In this document: positions 47,588 through 64,000 of the stretch, piece after piece
How the letters are laid out: each line of letters starts with the position of its first letter
How positions within the stretch are numbered: the stretch's first letter is position 1
NCBI GenBank assembly: GCA_002269645.1
Contig: NIVC01003251.1
Span: forward strand, 45,098-109,097
DNA from: Macrostomum lignano
Lineage: Eukaryota
DNA: 64,000 bases
Reading direction: 5' to 3'
Translations under genes and position numbers: made by a program
The notes under the pieces: generated by a model
Database searches by the model: none
The model's input: only the letters and a program-made list of their open reading frames with translations
What the model was told of the DNA's origin: nothing

Positions 47588-49189
47588 TTCTATAGTGGGG
47601 GGGAAGACAAAGCCAAGAATTCTTACGTGTACGTGTATATGACTAAATTCCTGATTGTAATTTTTTTGAATATTTTATTGTTTTCAGCGCTCATTCTGAG
47701 GCCACAGGCACTCATTTTAGCGCCGCAGGCGCTATATATGTATATCGTCGCCCTAAAGGAAAATTATTAATTTCCATGAACGGATCACGGGTGGGGGGAC
47801 AAAGCATGGCATGGCATGTCCCCTATAGCAATAACTCAGGGGGGCATGTCCCCCCTGCTGTCCCCCCGGTGGCGACGCCCCTGCTAGAGCAAATAAAAAT
47901 TCACGTTAATGTAGAAGAGACTCCCAATTGACGCCCTATGTTCTATCGACTGATATAAGTATTTAAATATATACACGTGAGGGGTCAAATTATACTTTGG
48001 CTTTATTATAGGCCATTAATCGGAGGCTTTATCGGGCCTCAGAGAGATGCTTAAATGAAACACTGAGCACTCTGCTGGCCTCGATCACTCATGTCAGATG
48101 ATCAGCCACCGACGTAGTTTCCCGGAAGAGTGGTTCCGGGAAAACAAGCTACTACATGTACTTTTAGTATTAAACGTTAAAAGCTACATAAACACAGGGA
48201 AAGATAATTAGATCGAGCTCGAAGGTAAAGCACGTTCCAATTCAAATAGCTTTAATTCTAACCCCAGCCAATCAGATAGATGCTCAGGCTGACGATAGCT
48301 CAGGAATCCTTAGACCATGCAAGCACCAACTCTCAATGATTTTAATAATAAGCCGTTGAAGCCGAAGATGAAAACTTTTAAATGTACTGGCGATGTCACT
48401 CGATGGGGATGATGTCGCAATGTAGGAGAATGGCAAAAATCAGGATGCCAGGGCCGTTAATATACATGTACAGCTCTCGATCCTCAAGGTCGTCGCTCGT
48501 GGAAAACCGAAACGCGTTTCCAGAAGGTTCCATAAATAAAGTTGCCTGATTTCCATAGCAGTTTAGAATTTATAGCATCCAAACTGCATGACACGTGATT
48601 TGTTATACCGGAATCACATTTGTTCTGATTAGCCCCAGGCTGATGATCCCACTGCTCTCTCTCCATCATCCCCGATATAATCAGAGAGGTATATTTTGAT
48701 GACGATTTAGGACTCCCATCAAAATTTGATGATTTATGGCCGCGCCCTGTCATTCTGAGCTGATTCCTCGGCAAGAATTGAGTCGAATTAAAACGAATAT
48801 ACGAGTATATTTTTAGCGGTTAAGGTCGCAGCTGTCAACATTTCGATCCATTCGAAGAACCAGTCCAGCTGACACAATGGACCGAAACCTCATAAGATTC
48901 ATGCCAGTTGTGAAGAGATTTATTAATTATTGTTGTGCCGGCGTGCACTTGCACTGTTGAGCGATATATTCAGCTTTCAGTGCGGGTGCACCTGTCATTG
49001 CACCTTTCTTCACGTCAGCTGCCACCCCCAGCTTTGTCTGAAGATGAAGACTTTACGAGCACCGCCCCACCCCTCCCCCTGCGTGATTGGCTGAGCTGCC
49101 CGCCTAGCGTCCCCCATTACTCAGTTGTGATTGGTTCTTTGTGTACGTGCTCTTGCCAGCCAATCGGCAGCCGAGAAATGGCTGTGGGT

Positions 49190-49621
49190 CCAAACCCCAA
49201 ACCCTAGAGGTTTGGGGTGGGGTTGTGGGTGGCATCGTCACCTCCAGGGGAAAATCCGCAGTGAGGAATGCCCATTCTGCCTCTCCGGTGTCGAGAATGC
49301 GGAGCACTTCATCTGTGAATGCCCCGCCTTTACTCAGGACAGGCTCACCTACCTCGGCCCAAACCCGGACCTCTCCGACGTTTTCAGGCCCTAGAATCTC
49401 TGCCAGCTCGTCCGCTACCTAAGGGCTACCGGGCGAGCGACAATCCACCTCCTGGACTCTCGGAGGGGGACCGCGCTGCGGACACCGGCACCACCGGAAC
49501 TCCCTGCGCGACACCGCAGCACTAGCTGCCCGTGGTCGCCAGGGGCTAGCGAAATGGGCGGCAACGCCTCCTCGCTGTTTCCGGACGCACGGAGCCCCCT
49601 GCAGCTAAGTCAGGTCAAAGT
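49190..49621 (+). mobile_element. 5'-truncated LINE: zinc knuckle, 3' UTR and tail
   Basis: ECPFCLSGVENAEHFICECPAFTQDRLTYLGPNP matches the 19224 ORF end; tail CTGCAGCTAAGTCAGGTCAAAGT. Confidence 0.9.
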
Positions 49622-51390
49622 GGGTGGTAAATATAACTATGTGTTGGAATGTGGCTCGAGGGAGAACGCGTCGGTTGAACCTGCCTTGACAAGTCACATG
49701 TCAACTCTTAAGTACACAATACTAACTCTAGTAAACCCTCGGCCGCTCTGCCGCGCTCCTTTTAGAAGTAAGTTGCCTCCGCTTAAATTTCTAGGGAACA
49801 CCGCCTTCGGGAACTTTCGAGTTGTGGGGACGGGACCGACTCAGTGTTCGACGCAATCTCTCGCTCGACTATCATATACATGTACATGTATAACACATTG
49901 TAAAGACCACTGCAGATTATTAAAATATTTTTTTATCGGATATCAGCCATAATTCTTGTAGATACTACATGTTATAATTAAGTCTATGCGCCAATTCTTG
50001 CCAAACTATTTTTTAACGTGGTGTGACGTTGTCAGTTTAAGGTGGTCCCGAAAAGGGCCGCTGGACTATATTTTCCCTTGTAATTTCTCATATTAATTTC
50101 TCCAATAGTTTATTTTAACGTTTACTTATAGTAGAGCCCAACGATTTTGTGGCAATTTCTAATTCACTGTATATTTTGCTATCCTCTCTCGCGACCGTAT
50201 AAAATTGGCACGATCGATAATTTTAAGTTCTCTCGCCAGCCAATGAAAACCACTCGTGCTTCGCGCTACCCCCCTCTGCGCTCCTTTATTAAACCCCCCG
50301 CCTGGCGGCGGCACTCCTCACTCCCGTCCTTGTCTGTGCTTCTCTCTTCCTCCCGGCCTGTCCTCGGCCTTGTTTTCCTTCTCTCTGTCTGGACCAGCCT
50401 GTTTACACTGCCTGCCACTGTCTGCCACGGCTAACGCCAATCTCACTACTACGCATCTGCCACTGTTGTGCTCATCGCCGTTACTCACCACGTTGCATCG
50501 TCTTGCATCACTCGCCTACCACTCAACTACAATCTCTAACTCACCTTCAAGTCAAAACCATTGTTGCAGCCGCCAGTGCCCCAAAAGCGCAATAAGTTCT
50601 ATATTGATATTAACCGCATCGAATATTGATCTCAACAATAATAACCAACTACGGCCAGTTTCCGGCCTTGTATGCCAAGTGCTCCGCTACGCAAATCCGC
50701 TATCAAGACTTGACTCGATTCATTTGGGACTAAAACGGCCCTATTAAGGGTCACGGACAACATCAAATAACGTGACAGTGGCATCGTTTATTTCTGACTT
50801 CCAATAGTAATAACGTTTATTTACTATTTATACTGCAATCACAACGCTCATGCAATATTGTACAAGAACCAATCTTCTATATCAGTTGCCACAATGTCCA
50901 TGACATCAAATACAAATCGAATCGCGCTCGATGAGAAAATTTTAATAGGACACAAAAATTTTTAATAAGATGTGCCAGATATGACTTTAGAAATGCGGGG
51001 TGCGTTTCGTACAAATTTTTGGAGAAAAAAAGTAACAATTTGTGCCATCAAAGTAGTTATGCAACACGGACTATAATCTCTAATATGTATAAAAATAAAT
51101 TTGTAAAAGTCTTTCACATGTGCGGCAATAGATTGAATTTCTATGAAAAAAATTTTCCGGAATCACAGTTATGTTAACATGTAGAAAATTATAACTTTGA
51201 ATTTTTACATAAACAGTTTTTTCGCCACACAACAGTGTTGAAAACTGTTTACAAATTTCTATAAAATATAAGCATTTTATATTAAAAATAATAATGGAAA
51301 GAGAGTCAGTTAAAATTATCGAAATTTGTAGGCAACACGTAACGGTTACATGTAGCTATGTTTTACAACTGGCTACAAATAGAATAAAAA

Positions 51391-62123
<10,733 letters not shown>

Positions 62124-62950
62124 ATTTAGTTCTGTGAAATTTGCAGGATTGACTTTAGTTTGCCATTCAGTCCTAGCTATAGTTTAATCAATAAGTTTCT
62201 TCATTTTTCTCTGGGATGTCATATTTCTTCTCCTCCTCCAGGTGCACAAGGAAAGAGCATACACAGCTCTCATTGGCCCAGCAGGAAGTGGGAGAAGAGT
62301 AGAGAGGACTGAGCAACTCAGACCATCTTACTCTCTTAGAGACGAGCTTTTTTAGTGTACAGTTTTATGAAATCTATGCGAAGAAAGTCGTAAAAAGTAT
62401 TTTGAATAGGATTGAAAATTGTCGCAAATTGAGGGCAGTGGCAAAAATTAACTCTGCTTAGTGGATTTTAAACTCAAAATACGAACGACTAAGATACGCG
62501 CGTATTAGGACCGACTTAAGAATCTATTGGTCGTAAAAAACGCGCGTTGCATGTAAATAAAAAATGCGTTTGCAATTTCAATAAGTGCTCAACTCTCATG
62601 TCTCTCTCTGGACCGTGAGACTCGTCACCTTCACCTGGCATAAGTTCCGCCTTGCTGCATCGATAAAATAAATACAGAGCCTAAGGATTCCGAGTGGCGC
62701 ATGGTTTTGTTTGCTCAACCCATCGATCGATTCAGCAGAGAATTCGCGTTCTTCATCAGAGCCCGCAGCTGTTTGGTTCTCTGAAGGAACTTATTATCGA
62801 GTGCTCGAAGCTTTTCATGCACTTTTCTGGCTAAACTATTGCACAACAAAACTATTGTACATAGACGCTAAAAGCCGCTAAAATCTCAAAGCAATAAATT
62901 GTTGTTTATTAATTGTTGAAAATGCTTGTTACTCGTTGAGGGCTGTACAT

Positions 62951-63265
62951 GTAGCTCGTAGCCCAGTGGTTAGAGCGTCGGACTCACGACTGATAGGTCG
63001 GGGGTTCGATTCCCGAACCACTCGTAACAATTTGTGTCCTTGAACAAAACACTTAACTTTACATTGCTTCAGTTCACCCAGCTGTAAAATTGGTGCCAGC
63101 ATTAGCTGGGATAATTGAGGATGTGTGTGGCGACCCCCCAATACTTGGACTGAACAGCCGTACGCAGCCTTCAGATGCGCCGCGCAATAGCTGCGGCTGA
63201 GCTGTCGGTTGCACATCTGGCCCAATTGGGGCAGGTCCAATCAATTATTATTATATTATTATTAT
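62951..63265 (+). mobile_element. tRNA-derived SINE with CORE-like central domain and (TTA)n tail
   Basis: A box TAGCCCAGTGG and B box GGTTCGATTCC, then TGTGTCCTTGAACAAAACACTTAACTT...CTTCAGTTCACCCAGCTGTAAAATTGG resembling the MIR/CORE domain. Other copies at 26377 and 59860. Confidence 0.8.
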
Positions 63266-64000
63266 TGTGAAAATGGATGCCTCTTTTAGCTGGGAAACTC
63301 ATTTCTACTGGAAATAAATATTCAATAACTGCTTTAAGTAGGTAATGTAAATAGAAACATCTCTAAGTTAAAAAAATTGCATGTAAAATATCCAAGAGTA
63401 AACGTCACTGGTGGTTTTTGTTGCTATGGCTATCTGATATTAGTAAGTCTCTCAATCGTTCCACCCCGAGACTAACAGTCATGTTCCTAGGTACGCTTTG
63501 AAAGCAGTTGTACACAAGAATAAGCGCATTGTATCTAATTAAAGTGACAACAAATTTTAAATGAATTGCTAAAGTTTTGGTCACAGTCAAAATAGTTTCA
63601 CATGTACGAAAATAAATTGCAGATCCATGCGAACAAATCGGCTCTGCTCACGGCTTCTGACAGCAAGCTGGGCAATTAACAGCTGCCCACAAATTTTAAT
63701 ACACATTATAAGCTTAATTTGGCTCATCTGCTGAATCGACATTTCTTGCCAAATGTGCCCGAGGCAGTTGTCAACCCTGGCTCAGCTTCAACAGAATTAT
63801 TGTTTACATGACTATGCCAGTTTTCACACGGCACAGCAAGCCAAGCGTCACTCTGCAGCGGAAGAGATCGGATCAGTCTGATTAGCCGGTTGTTTCCAAC
63901 AGAATTATGGTGGGCTAGTGCGCAGATGGAATTTATTAAATGTGCGTTTAAAACTGGCAGAACAAGCTTAATATCTGATTATAGCCAGGCACAGAATAGC

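Noticed and set aside
50024-50765. Possible solo LTR with TGACGTTGTC...GACAACATCA ends
   Set aside because: The terminal repeat is imperfect and no TSD was found; not supported well enough to list.
62951-63025. Possible tRNA gene
   Set aside because: It continues into a SINE body and tail, the acceptor stem does not close, and dispersed decayed copies exist.

Overview
Eukaryotic, intron-rich animal DNA with many minisatellites and transposon debris. The gene content and repeat style suggest a free-living flatworm such as Macrostomum; this is inference, not a database match. Host genes reconstructed by hand, with GT-AG sites and reading frames checked: a secreted PAN/apple + F-type-lectin-like gene (3558-4354 +), a large ankyrin-repeat TRP-type channel gene with two lesions (9827-15155 -), a DM9-repeat gene (23318-23886 +), an inverted pair of CRAL-TRIO genes (26684-27703 -, 32160-33347 +), TOM70 (6 exons, 35211-42442 -) and a divergent 13-exon ionotropic glutamate receptor-like gene (51391-62123 -). 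Mobile DNA includes five pieces of one RNase H-bearing LINE family, a decayed piggyBac, a 2.2-kb solo LTR, a hAT derivative, tRNA-derived CORE-like SINEs and GACA-microsatellite elements. The most interesting observation is a candidate HDV-like self-cleaving ribozyme at the exact 5' end of two diverged LINE copies (1836-2121 and 20121-20409, minus strand), whose P1 and P1.1 helices covary. One copy sits in a 1.3-kb internally deleted element that keeps both LINE ends. The P2/J4-2 part of the fold is less certain. All alignments and counts were done by eye.
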